Positions 37,874-51,526 of a stretch of 64,000 bases of DNA are shown one piece after another (positions within the stretch are counted from its first letter, which is position 1; every line of letters begins with the position of its first letter). A program made the translations under genes and the position numbers. The DNA is from Octopus sinensis (lineage: Eukaryota). Where the stretch lies: positions 150,722,001 through 150,786,000 of the forward strand of contig NC_042999.1 in the NCBI RefSeq assembly GCF_006345805.1, given 5' to 3'. The notes under the pieces were generated by a model. The model was not told where the DNA came from, did no database searches, and worked only from the letters and a program-made list of their open reading frames with translations.

Positions 37874-38160
37874 TTAGGGTGAGAGTAATAATAGGCATAG
37901 AGACAGTAAGGGCAGTAGTAGATTGATGGTTGAGATGGTAATGGGGTAATAGCTGTAGTTGTGATAGAGGCAGAAGCGATGGTAATGGTGGTAGCTGAGG
38001 CAGTCAGGGATGACAGTGATAGTAAGCGATGTGAAAGACAGTGGTGGAGGGCAAGGCGGTGAAGTCAAAGGTATTGATGGTGGAAGCGTTAATAGTCTGA
38101 ATGGTGTGTGTATGGCAGTTGTGGTGATGGTGGTGGTACTGGTGATAGTGATGGTTGAAA
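37874..38160. repeat. GGT/GAT/AGT low-complexity tract
   Basis: Direct reading. Confidence 0.7.
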
Positions 38161-41100
38161 ACAATCAACAGAAAGAGAGAGAGAAAGAAAGAATAGAAAA
38201 AAAAGTTGTATTGACCCCCAAATGGGAAGACAAAAAATTGAAAATTAATTGAAGCACTTTGGCAGTTTACTTATTAGAAATTTTTTTTTTTTTAATTACC
38301 AAGACCTATCCCCCATAGGAGGGGGTAGCCACAACAGGACACACATCAGGCATTCCATTAATTTCTCAGCTCAAAGAGACAAGCCTTGTCCTGTGCTTGG
38401 ATCAAGCATAGAAAGCAACCCTCAGTATCAGCAGCAGGTCCTGACAGCATATGCTGGTTTACTCCTGCCGAATCATGCTGGTTCCGTACCCCTTTGAACA
38501 ACATCAATTCACTCATCCATCCACAAATACTCTCCAAACTTTCCTGTCATTAATAGATATAATAACAAAAAGGGGTTAAATTTATGCTAGTGATAGTTGC
38601 AGATAGGAATGTGTTGTTAGAAAATTCACTTGGTCACTATGTGATATCAGGGTTCAGTTTCCCTGCAAGACAACTTGGGCAAGTGTTTTCTACTATAGTT
38701 CTGGACTGACCTTGTGAATAAACTTGGTAGCTAAAAACTGTGCAGAAGCCTTCTCAGGTCTGTGTGTACCTGTTTGCTTTTGTGTGTCTGTGTTGGTTTG
38801 TTTACATCGGTCTTAGTATTTCAGCAAAAGGATGCTGATAAAATAAGTACCCAAAGAGTCAATTTGACTGACTAAAAAAAAAAAAAATTCAAAGTGGTGC
38901 TCCCGTATGGCCATGCTCCAATTCTGAAAGTAATAAAAAATGTAAAGAGATGATAGGTTTTAAGCCTTCCAAGAATTCTGCTATTCCTCATCTATTATGG
39001 TTTTGTTGTATTTTATATTTCTTCTTGCATGGTATTAGACCATTGGATAAATAAATGTCTGCCCCAAGCCAAACTTGATTCTATTCTGCCTCTCTCTCTC
39101 TCTCTCTCTCTCTCATTGTGTAAATTTCCATTTCTTAGTGTTGGCCACACATTGGTATAGATACTAAATTAGAACTTGACAGAGAGATATAATCTCTTTA
39201 TAAACCTCTCAAGGGTGTAAGTCAAGATGGTTTGATATAATCTCTGACCCAGCTGGGATATTGTGGGATAATTGTTTGCTAAGCTAAATACTAAATATAC
39301 ATAGCATATATACTATGTCGTGGGGCAAAGTTGAAAGTGGAACGAGCAGTGTAACTTGTCATCTCATTTTCAGTTTGTGCGGAAAGTTATGGTATAAAAA
39401 AAATACTACACAGCTTGGAGGGCGTCTTTGGGTGTGGTTTGGTTACCGTTCTGAGGAGACAAGAATCACTGCTGCATCCACCTCTTGGAATTGTCATTGA
39501 TACCCCAATAGGGAGTCATAAATTGCCTGTAACTACGTACATTGTTTGAGGAAACACTTAGAAATGGAAACTGTCTAAAACGCTGTCTTAATTTTTTCCT
39601 TGCTAATTGGTAGCTTTTGCTGTCTCATATGTTAACGACTACACTATTCTATTAGCACCCTTGAGGAGCTGAGAATGTATGCTAATAAGGTGTCTAATTC
39701 TTTAGCTTTGCTGATAGACCAATTAATCAGAGATCCTTGGGTGTGTCTGGTTCCATTATAAATCCTGATTGTTAAAAAATATTTTTCCCTATTCCCTGCA
39801 ATTTTTCTTCCAGTCAGTATGAAATAGTATCCACTGTCCCTCTTCCATCCCTATCTTAAATTTATTTATTTACATATAAATCTATTTTATTTATTTATCT
39901 ACTTATTTATTTATTTATTTATTCTCTGGAGAAGAAACTTATTTATAAGCCAGCGGCATACGATGATGTGTATAATTTTTTTTGTCCATTTTGGGTCACA
40001 TGTCAAGTCCACACCATTCCTTGTGACATATCCAAGTCACTATAATTCCCTATCTTCCTCCCTCCGTCCCTCTTTCTCCTCTCCGTCCCCTCCCTGTCTT
40101 CTTTCTCTTCCCCCACTTCTATCTTCCTTTCTTGCCCTCTCTCACAAGAGCAGCCATTAAAATATCTTATTTTCAAGATACTTTCTCAGAATCTATCATT
40201 CAAATTCACAAGTACACCTCTGTTGAGTCGTTAAGAAGCTTGCTTCCCAACCATGTGGTCTTGAGTTCAGTTTCACTGCACATTAGGCTAGTATTTTCAA
40301 ATCTTGCCCCAGGTCATCTAAACCAATTTGGTATGTATCTGTTTGTCTGTCTGACTGGTCTTACTCTGTGTGTGTGTGTGTGTGCATGAGTTTGTATGGT
40401 TTTGTCTTGACATCACTTGATGGCTTGTTTCCATTCTTCAGTTAAAATTAGTTCCAGCCATGGGGAAATATTACCTTACTTGGAAACAGTGAAGTTTGGC
40501 AACAGGAAGAGCTTCTAACCATAGAAAATCTGCCTCAATAAATTCCATCTGATTGGGAAAATGGTTGCTAAATGATGACAGTGATGCCGATGTTTGTTAT
40601 GGTTGTGATGTTGATGGTGATGACGACGGCGACGATGATGATGACGAATTCAAGCCACTCACTCACAAAGGGTTGTGAGTCTTTTGTTTGAGCCAAGACA
40701 GTTCCTGGGATTTGTGGGGATTATGTGAATCAGAGTAGGTGTATGTGTGAATAAATTTGCATAAGTGTTGTGGGTGTATATGTATGTATGCAAATGTGTA
40801 CATGTAAGAGTGTGTGTGTATACATATGTATACATGTGCAACTGAGAGCAGTTATATTTTGAACTGTGTATCTTTGATACATTCCACTAAAATATGTGAC
40901 CTTAATTATTAGTAGAGGTAGGGCTAGTGATAGCAATACCCCTATTATTTATGAAAGGCTTGCATAAAACGCTGCAGGGTACAGTATGTATTCAAATAAA
41001 TTGATATATATATTATTTCTCTTAAGTAACAAACCATGAATCAGGGAGGGAAAATTAAGTTTTAATTTTTCTTTTGATACTTGCATATCTCCTCCTGTGT

Positions 41101-41785
41101 ATACAATATTTTCTTGTCTGTCTTTAACATGTTTGACAAGTTAATTAAAATATATATAGATATAGTTGTAGGTTTTTAATATATAAATATAGTTTACAGA
41201 TCCCTTCAGGGCTTCATGCGGTAGTCTTAGTGGGTCGCATCATGCCTGCTGGCTATATACTGTGTGCACACTTGTCTAAGGTAGAAAGCAATTATCAGAA
41301 GTATGATGTGGTATGGCAGTGAAAGATAACTGAAAATAGAGGTCATGTAGCAACTGGAAGAAGACAAGTAGGTCTTTGAGAAATAATTGGAATTTGAATA
41401 CAAAAGAAGCTGGTTCAAAAGAGATGAGGAAATGGTTGCATATTAAAGATATTAGCCATTGTATGCAAGAAATGTAAGATGTGCATAGGTATTCTTTTAC
41501 CGGATTTAGTCATTGGATTGCGATCATGTTGGACCACTGCCTTATAGAATGTTTAGTCAGTCTTATTGATCTCAGTAATTACTTCTGTCTGATGGTCTCC
41601 ATTTATTGTGGCTTAGTAACTTTTGACATAGAGGGTTGCAACATCAGTAAATATAAACATGACCCTCCCCCACACCAACACCATCTTCATATATGTTGTC
41701 CTTCAGCACCTAATTGCACTTGGAACACCCACTATAAAGGTTATAAATAACCGTAATGGTTTAATGCATGTGTGTATGTGTATGT

Positions 41786-42088
41786 GGAGTTGCAATGGTC
41801 CAGTGGTTAGGGCAGCGGACTTGCTGTCGTAGAATTGCGGTTTCGATTCCCAGACCAGATGTTGTGAGCATTTATTGAGCGAAAACACCTAAAAGCTCCA
41901 AGAGGCTCCAGCAGGGGTTGGTGGCAAACGCTGCTATACTCTTTCACCACAACTTTCTCTGACTCTTTCTTCCTGTTTCTGTGGTACCTGTATTTCAAAG
42001 GGACCAGCCTTGTCACATTCTGTGTCATGCTGAATCTCTGAGAGAACTACGTTAAGGGTACATGTGTCTGGAGTGCTCAGCTACACCT
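41786..42088 (+). mobile_element. tRNA-derived SINE, family E
   Basis: Homologous to 15797-16085. Confidence 0.85.
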
Positions 42089-42096
42089 AACACACA

Positions 42097-42156
<60 letters not shown>

Positions 42157-42974
42157 ATGGGCTTCTTTCAGTTTCTGCCTACCAAATCCACTCACAAGGC
42201 CTTGGTCAGCCCAAGGTTGTAGTAGATACTTGCCCAAGGTGCCATGCAGACTGTGTGTGTGTGTGTGTGTGTGTGTGCATGCATAGTTTCTGTTATATCA
42301 GTGAGAATGTACGTAGCTATGTGATTAATGCGTTGGACTCATGATCATAAGGTTGTAGATTCAATTCCCTTACTGGGCATTGTGTTGTGTCCAAGAATCA
42401 AACACGGAATCAAACTGAAGTAAGATGAAATGGTGTGCCTTGAGAAAGGCACTTCATTTCATATTACTCAGTTCTATTCTTGAGTACTGAAAATGAGTAC
42501 TAGCTGTTTGCTAGTGCAGCTCTCTCTCTTTCTTTCTCTCTCTTTCTTTCACTCTCCCCTTCTATCCCTTTTTCTCCCACTATCTCCTCTCTCAGGCTAT
42601 CACAACCTCAATATTACACTGGATTATAGGTGGGAGAACTGTAAAGATATCCATGTCTGTTTATAATTAGAGAGGTACCTCCAACAATTAAAGAAAATGT
42701 GGTACGAATTACCATCTTGTCCTTACCAGCAAGTGACAGTGACGCATTCATATCACTAAAAGATGTAAACAGTGACTAGAAAACATCTCAAGCAATATAT
42801 TTTTTATGCTTCAAGTTATAGATACTTCCTTGTTAGGTTAATCTGAAATCCACTGGATCAATAATTGATCTGTGAGAAATTTATAACCTGAGGTATGAAA
42901 TTAAGAAATAAATCTGTGAGATAGACATGCTTCAATTCAAGTAAAATAAAATTGAGAAATGTGTTACGTGTTAC

Positions 42975-43480
42975 ATTTGTAGGCGCAGACACACATGACT
43001 GGTTGGTGAACAAGTTTACTTGCTTACTTGTCATATGTTATGTTTATAGGTGCAGGCAGACATGACTGGTTGGTGAACAAGTTTACTTGTTTACAAGTTA
43101 CATGTTACATTTGTATGTTCAAGCAGACATGACTGGTTGGTGAACAGGTTTACAAGTTACATGTTACAGTTGTAGGTTCAGGCAGACATGACAGGTTGGT
43201 GAACAAATTTACTTGTTTATAAGAAGTTACATGTTAGATTTTTATGTTCAGGCAGACATGAGTGGTTGGTGAACAAGTTTACTTGTTTACAAGTTACATG
43301 TTACAGTTGTAGGTTCAAGCAGACATGACAGGTTGGTGAACAAGTTTACTTGCTTACATGTTACATTTATAGGTGCAGGTGGACATGATAGGTTGGTGAA
43401 CAAGTTTACTTGTTTACATGTTACATGTTATGTTTATAGGTGTAGGCAGACATGACTGGTTGGTGAACATGTTTATTTCT
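42975..43480. repeat. Minisatellite, unit about 60-69 bp, about 8 copies
   Basis: Recurrent gcagacatgactggttggtgaacaagtttacttg...catgttaca. Confidence 0.92.
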
Positions 43481-43544
43481 TAACTATTTGGCTTTGAGTT
43501 CAGTCCTACTGTGCAGGAACATGGCTTGGTAAAGTATCATCTGC

Positions 43545-43865
43545 TACAGTGGTGGTGATGGTTATAGTAATGATTATGATAGGGGGTGATAATGGTGATG
43601 GGGGTTGCTGCTGCTGAGGATAATGATGGTGCTGATGATAGCGGTGGTGCTGGTCAGGGTGGTGGTGGTAGCGGTGGTGATGATGATCATGATAGTGGTG
43701 GTAATGGTACTGTTGTTGTTGTTGTTGGGGGTGGTGCTGCTGCTGCTGAAGATGCTGACAGTGATGGCAGTGACAATGATAGTGATGGTGGTGGTGGTGG
43801 TGGTGATGACAATAACAATGACAGTCAGTGTTGATAGGATGGTAGCGGTGGTGCTGATGACTAAA
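43545..43865. repeat. GGT/GAT/GCT trinucleotide low-complexity tract
   Basis: Direct reading. Confidence 0.8.
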
Positions 43866-44329
43866 GATTCAGGTGAGCATTTATTTCTTTGGTGATGCTG
43901 GATATTGCTTACTAAACATAACAGTGCCGCTATCTTTAGTTTCTATAGGAAATCAATACAATTTCTATATTGACCTAGATCCATCAACTGTCTCTGTTTC
44001 ATTTGTATTCTCTTTAAGCAACTATTTGGTTATCATTATTCTTTGAGATTAATTGAAGCTTTTTTAAGCTTGTTTCTTAATGGTATTATTTTCTCTTCCT
44101 CATTTTATCAGGATCCTTCTTTTGTTGTTATATAAAGATTTTAGATATAGAGAGTTTCTTTGGGTTACAATACTGATGCTTGTGACACCTGGAAAAGATG
44201 AAATTTAAAAGTCTCTGATGTAGAATAAGTACTAATAGTTTTAGATGAAAGGTAAAGTTAATTTTGGTAGGATTTGAACTCAGAGCATAATAATAATAAT
44301 AATAATATTAATGATAAATGCCCTGATGT

Positions 44330-44875
44330 AGTACCAGGCAGTGGTTCTCCTGGTTTTTGATCTTAACCATTTGAAAGTGCTATCTTGTACATATTTTGTC
44401 TTGGTATAAAAGATGGGCTACAGCAAATATTCTGCTGAATACCACAGATTTTCCTGTCAGATGTTTGACCTTAACCAGTTGAGCATGTCCCTTAGTGGCT
44501 GACGATATGTGCATCTCTGATCACGAGCAGAAGTAGTCAGGGAGCATGATAGCTGTGTGTTGAGAGGAATTCTCGGGAGTTTAGATAATTCACCCTTGGA
44601 AACATGGGAGTTTCATTCAACATCCTTAAACAACCCTTATTCAGGGACCTTTTGAGCAGGTTGGGCTACTCAACCTGAAGAAAATTCTAACTGAGCCCCA
44701 CTTGCAAGGTTATGTGCAGTTTATCTTGATATGAGATCACCATGTCATGCACATGTGATTGTGATGCATGTACCTGATGTGTACCTATACTAGACAGGTA
44801 GTCATGAGGAGTATTCTGGGCTTTGTATATTTTACCCCAGTGTCACAGTATACTGCTCTCTCACTCAATAATAAT
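44330..44875 (+). mobile_element. About 530-bp non-coding retroposon with an (AAT)n tail; reverse copy at 59190-59720
   Basis: Both copies share gaagaaaattctaactg, ttattcagggaccttt and the end ctgctctctca(c/t)tcaataataat. Confidence 0.75.
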
Positions 44876-44879
44876 AATC

Positions 44880-45089
44880 CTTTCTATTGTAGGCTCAAGG
44901 CCTGAAATTTGGGGGAAGGGGATAGTCGATTACATTGACCCTAGTACTCAACTGGTACTTAATTTATCGACCCCAAAAGGATGAAAGGTAAAATTGACCT
45001 CAGTGGAATTTGAACTCAGAACATAGCAATAAGCAAAATACCACTAAGCTTTTCACCCAGCATGCTAACAATTTGGCTAGCTTGCTGCC

Positions 45090-45123
<34 letters not shown>

Positions 45124-45320
45124 TTTCAAATTTTGGCACAAGGGTAGCAAGTTTGGGGGGAACAGGATAAGTTGATTACATTGGCCCCAGTGTTTCACTG
45201 GTATTTATTATATTGACCCCTGAAAGGATGAAAGGCAAAGTTGAACTCAGAACTTAACGACAGGCGACATGCTGCTCAGCATTTTGCTTGGTGCAATAAC
45301 AGTTCTGCCAGCTTGCCGCA
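44880..45320 (-). mobile_element. Tandem pair of Deu/Nin-type SINEs
   Basis: Copies at about 44880-45090 and 45125-45320 separated by (AAT)n. Confidence 0.8.
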
Positions 45321-46249
45321 TTAGTAATAATAATATTAATAATAATTATAATAATAATAATATTTTAAAAAGATTGGCATAACTCTTCACAAAGGTAAAC
45401 AGACAAGATGAAGCACGTCGTGCGATTGCAATAGATATTTTATTGGTTGAATGATATTTTGACAGCAAGCCTGTCTTTTGTCGAGTTCAAAATATAAAGT
45501 GAAAAAATTCAAAATTATAGAAATTCAAATCTATAAGTTTCAATTTTATAACTGGCGAAACTTAAAGACAGATGATGTCATTCCATCATCATGTGGATGC
45601 TGGTTTTGTTTTGAACTCGACAAAGGCAGGATTGCTGTTGAAATATTGTTCAGCCAATAAAGTAGCTATTGCAATCGCATCAAGCTCTTCATCTTGAATA
45701 ATAATAATAATGATGATAATTATTTCTTTTATTAGCCATATAGGTATAGATGCGGGGGACATCACAAGGACAGATAATTTGTGTGGGGATTTGAGGAAAA
45801 ACAAATGGAAAAGATAGTGAAATGCAATAAAAGTATATGTTGTATACAAAGTATGTGATAAAATGAATGATGCAGTCTTCCTAATTTAGGATAAACTCCA
45901 GCTGAGGTCAGTCAAGGAACTCCACTGATTCAGGATTATTCTAACCACTAAAGGTATGAACCCTCTCTCATGCTCTATTATTTATGAGTGCATACTTAGA
46001 GTTAGGGGCCATTCATGCTAACCATTATTGTCAGTGAGCCATCTTTTCACAAATTCACTGAGAGGTAGCACTTCCTTCTCAACCTTTCCTTTCCAAGTGC
46101 AACTTAAAAAAGTTAAGAATCTGACTGAAGAAGAAATTGTCTTTCTTCAATCATTTCAGCCTTGTCCACCACATAACCTCTTTCACCATAGCCTCTAGAC
46201 AGAGGAACATTGCCTGCCCTGCTTTGTTAAAGGTGGGTGTTAGAGCCAT

Positions 46250-47585
46250 CATCATCGCATAACATCTGCTTTCCATGCTAGCATGGGTTAGATGGTTTGA
46301 CTGGATCTGGTAAGCCAGAGAACTTCACCAGGTTCCAGTCTTATTTGACATGGTTTCTATGGCTGGATGCCCTTCTTAATGCCAACCACTCAAGAGTGTA
46401 ACATGCTTTTTACATGCTACTGGCACAGATGCTTTCATGTGCCACTGGAACAGGTGCCATTTAGGTGACACCGGCATAGGCTACGACTACGATTTCACTT
46501 GGTTTGATGAGTCTTCTCAAGCAATAATAATAATAATAATAATTATAATTTCTACTATAGGCACAAGGTTTGAAATTTGACAGGAGCAAGCTAGTCAATT
46601 ACACCAACCTCACTGCTTAAGTGGTGCTCATATTGAGCCCCAAAAGACGAAAAGTAAAAGTCAAACTTAGTGGAATTTGAACTCAGAACATAAGGGGTCA
46701 GAAGAAATTCCACTAAGTGTTTTGCTCAGTGTGCTAACGATTCTACCAGCTCATCATCTCACAACAACAACAACAACAACAACAATACTCTTTTACTTGT
46801 TTTAGTTATTTGATTGTGGCCATGCTGGAACACTGCTTTTAGTCAAACTAATCGACCCCAGGACTTATTCTTTGTAAGCCTAGTATTTATTCTGTCGGTC
46901 TCTTTTGCCAAACCACTAGGTTACAGGTACGTAAACACACCAACATCGGTTGTCAAGTGATGGATGGGTGATAAACACAGACACACAAATACATAATATT
47001 CTTTTCTACTCTAGGCACAAAGCTCGAAATCTTTTGTGGAGGGGCCAGTCAATTAGATCGACCTCAGTACCCAACTGGTACTTAATTTATCGACCCCAAA
47101 AGGATGAAAGGCAAAGTTGACCTTGGCAGAATTTGAACTCAGATTGTAAAGACAGATGAAATACCACTAATCATTTCACCCAGCATGCTAACATTTCTTA
47201 TTTCTTTATTGCCCACAAGGAGCTAAACATAGAGGAGACAAACAAGGACAGACAAAGGGATTAAGTCGATTACATCGACCCCAGTGCGTAACTGGTACTT
47301 AATTTATTGCCCCCGAAAGGATGAAAGGCAAAGTTGACCTTGGCGGAATTTGAACTCGGATTGTAAAGACAGATGAAATACCGCTAATCATTTCACCCAG
47401 TGTGCTAACGTTTCTGCCAGCACACCACCTTACAAATACATATACCAAATCTACCAAATCCACTCACAAGGCTTTGGTTGGCCCAAGGCTATAGTTGAAG
47501 GCATTCACCCAAGGTGACATGCAGTGGGACTGAACCCAGAACCATGTAGTTGGGAAGCAATCCTCTTAGCACACAGCCACTCCTG
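46250..47585 (-). mobile_element. SINE cluster: (GAT)-tail SINE, Deu/Nin SINE (46545-46760), and a tRNA/CORE SINE split by a Deu/Nin dimer (46998-47430)
   Basis: CORE-SINE halves at 46790-46990 and 47450-47585. Confidence 0.78.
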
Positions 47586-48108
47586 TACCCAATAATTTTT
47601 CTTCTTATAATCTTATTTTCGTTTTGTATTAATGTTATTTGGGATGCTTCAGTAACTCCATATCTCATCATAAATATTTGTACCATTGCCACCCAAATAG
47701 AAGGAATAAAAGTTGTTGCCTTTTTCTGATTAGATCTGATAAAATATCTCTGACATTCAAAGCCTTTAAGTCTTCAACAATCTTCCATAATGATTTCCCC
47801 ATATTTAATATGCATGTGCGTGTGTGTATGTGTGTGTATATATATATATACATATATATATACATACACACACACACACACACATACATACACATATATG
47901 TACATGTATATACGTAATTAGATATTTACATATCTATATACAATGTGTACATACACACTTACCTTGTTTATTGTATTAATATGAAGGAAAGGGTTGGTAA
48001 ATGAATATTGAACAAAAAAAAAAATCAACAACAGAAAAATCTCAGCAAAATCAAATCTATTTTAGAGTAAGCTAATGTTTGTTCTTACATTACTTTGAAC
48101 CCAGAATT

Positions 48109-48142
<34 letters not shown>

Positions 48143-48449
48143 AAGAGAGAGTGTGTGATGAATGTACATGTTTAGCTTCTCGAGTTACTGTGTATATTGA
48201 ATAGTGTAGTGAGAAGGGGAGGTAATGAGGATTAAAAATATACAGACATTAACACTGAAGCAGAGATTGACAAGATAAAGACATGTTCTACTCTTTGCCC
48301 ATTTGGTAAATCCAGTAGATCAGCTTTTGCTCTCTATCCTGGCTTCTATTAAACAGGTACATTTTATTTTTTTTGTTTTTCTTTTTGCCAGATTCAGTCA
48401 GTTTATTGTGGCCATGTTTAGTTTATATATCAATTTACCTTTGGTGTTT

Positions 48450-48850
48450 TGCTTTTTTGCTTGTATCAGGCATTAGACTGTGGCCATGCTGGGGCACCAC
48501 CTGGAAGCACTTTTAGTCAAATGAATCAACCTCACCACCACTACTTATTTTTATGTTTGTTTGTATTCTTAAGCCTGCTGCTTATTCTGTTGTTCTCTTT
48601 TACTGGACTGTTAATATCTTGGGGACATAAACACACCAATACCATTTGTCAAGCAGTGATGGAGGGTGACAAACACAGACACAAAGTCACACACACACAT
48701 GCATATATATCTGATGGGCTTCTTTCAGTTTCTGTCCATCAAATCTGCTCACAAGGTTTTGGTTTGCCAAGGAGCCATGCAGTGGGACTGAACCCAGGAT
48801 CATTTGGTTGGGAAGTAAACTTCTTACCACACAGCCACACCGGCACCTAG
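48450..48850 (-). mobile_element. tRNA/CORE-type SINE, diverged full-length copy
   Basis: Family match with extensive CpG decay. Confidence 0.75.
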
Positions 48851-49184
48851 AAGCCATGCCTGCACCTATATGTTGTTAGCATTTTGACCTTGTTATTTAA
48901 ACTCTGGCCTCATACAATTAGCCTGCCATTTGGAAGGCTGAAAAAAAAAGAACTCTGTTATTTTATTCTTTTATTTATTTCAGTTATTTGACTCTGGTCA
49001 TCATCATCACTATGATCATCCTTTTTACATCCACTTTTTCCATGCTTGCATGCATTGAGCAAGACTTATTCAGCTTGAATGTCCACCGTGATGCTTTCCC
49101 CCTACCTCATGTTTGCAAGTAGAGTACTTTATTCCACTGGTCTTGATACATGAAACTGCTTTGCTGTGGAATATATTGTTTATC

Positions 49185-49860
49185 ATCATCATTGTTTAAC
49201 GTCTGTTTTCAATGCTGGCATTTGGTTGGATGGTTTGACTGAGGACTGGCAAACCAGAAGGCTGCACCAGGCTCCAATCTGATCTGGCAAAATTTCTACA
49301 GCTGGATGCCATTCCTAATACCAACCATTCCAAGAGTGTAGTGGGTGCTTTTTATGTGTCACGGGCACGAGGGCCAGTCAGGCGGTATTAGCATTGACCA
49401 CACTTGAATAGTGCTTTTTATGTGTCACTGGCATGGGAGCCAGTCAGGCGTCACTGGCAACAACCACTCTCAAATAGTGCTTTTTACATGCCACCAGCAC
49501 GGAGCCAGTCTGGCAGCACTGGCAATGGTCACACCCAAATGGAAATTTTTACATCCCACCAGCACGAAACCAGTCAGGTGGCACTGGTAACGACCACGCT
49601 TGTGCCACCGGCATGGGTACAATTCAAGCAGTACTGTCATTGGCTGTGACAATGCCTTCACTTGCCTCAACAGGTCTTTGCAAGCACAGTTTATTGCCCA
49701 ATGATTGAAGGGTACTCTTAAATGGGCTGGTTATGCTGCACTGGCATAGTCCATGGTTATTATCTCACTTGGTTTGCTGGGTCTTCACAAGCACAGCATA
49801 TCTCCAAAGGTCACTTATCATCGCCTCCATGAGGCCCAATGGTTGAAGGTCGCGCTTCAC
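49185..49860 (-). mobile_element. (GAT)n-tailed repeat with internal ~60-bp tandem modules
   Basis: catcatcattgtttaacgtc tail; repeated gccagtcaggc...gtgctttttatgtg modules; homologous to 52355-52810. Confidence 0.78.
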
Positions 49861-51157
49861 CACCTCATCACAGGTCATCCTGGGTCTACCACTTCCATAG
49901 GTTCCCTCTATTGCTTAGTTGTGACACTTTTTCACACAGCTGTCCTTATCCATGTCACCTCTGCTCAAATGATGTCAATGTAAAAAAACACACACACACG
50001 TGTGTGTGTGTGAGGGAGAGAAAGAGAAGATTCTTTGTTGTGTTCACCAATCAGATTTCACTTACAAGATATTGGTCAACCCAAGTCTATAGTTCCTAAC
50101 CTGTGGTCCGCAGACCCTTGGTGGTCTGCAAAGGTAGTACTGGAAGTCCATGAACTAAATTCAAAATTTCATATGTATATATATATATATGTATGTATAT
50201 ATATGCCAGCATAAGGATAATCACATTAAAAGGGGTCTGTGGGAAAACTTATTTAAATAAAAGGTAGCAGAATACTCTGGTAGTGAAAAGGTAGCAGAAT
50301 ACTCTTACTACAGGTGTAATTCAGTGAGATTGAAACCAAAAACTCACTTTCGTGCAGTGAACCTCTTAGCCACCCAGCCTTATCTGTTCCTCTAAGCATT
50401 TATGCTTTCCTTTGTCTATTGAGATTCAGTTACATTTTACTTTTTACAGAATTTTCAATAATAATGCTTTATTCTTTCTCAACCTTGTAAAATCGACTCC
50501 ATCTTTAAGTACGGAGGCATCAGTTAACTTCGTCTTTGAAGAGTTATATTTTTCTTGCATAACTAACTACTGTGGTTTATTTTCCTTAGGAAATTTATGA
50601 CTTGTGAATTGTTTTCAGCTAATGAATCAAACACATTGCTGTTTATTTATCTCTCCATTGATCTATATGTTTGTCGACTGTCTATCTATCCATCTGTCTG
50701 TCTATCTTTCCTGTCTGTTTCTCTAGGCAGCTCTTTATCAGACCTTGTATCTGATAGAATATCTGTTTTTTGTCTGTTTATCTGTCTAATTACCTGTTAG
50801 TCCATATTACTGACTGTCTCGCTACCTCTGCCTGTCTGTCTTTTGTTTCTTTTCTAGCTATCTCTCAGTCTATATTCATTCGTTTTGCATCCAGTCTTCC
50901 ATGCTAGCATGAGTTAGACATATATTATTGAGGCAATGTTTTATAGCTGGATGCCTTTCCTGTCACCAACTCTTATCTGTAAGGAATCTCTTATTTCACA
51001 CATCTTGGAAAGTGCAAAGTGAGCAGATAATTTGTTGACAAGAGAAGTTGACAACAACACCATTCGTATCTAGTGACTTCTGTACAGCACAAATGTACAC
51101 AGGTACACACATACATGTGCATGCATACTTACATATATACATACACATATACATATA

Positions 51158-51215
<58 letters not shown>

Positions 51216-51526
51216 TGTGACAGACCAGGGTATCAGATGTTGCTACACATTGCTGGTCACAATGCGCTTCGCATTGTTTTAGCCTTCAAATAACGCTACC
51301 CCGCTAGATAAGTGAGCAGGCCAACAGAACAAAGAGTGAGAGAAAATTGTGGCGAAAAAGTACAGCAGGGATCGCCACCACCCCACTGCTGGAGCCTCGT
51401 GGAGCTTTTAGGTGTTTTCGCTCAATAAACACTCACAACACCTAGTCTGGGAATTGAAACCGCGATCCTATGACCGCAAGTCCGCTGCCCTAACCACTGG
51501 GCCATTGCACCTCCAATATATATATA

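Noticed and set aside
38363-38497. Possible terminal exon AQRDKPCPVLGSS...GSVPL*
   Set aside because: Only an AG and a short open frame; no homology or upstream exon support.
39374-39549. Open frame after a plausible acceptor (CAESYGIKKILHSLEGVFGCG...)
   Set aside because: No recognisable homology, no convincing donor or partner exons, and the length is compatible with chance.
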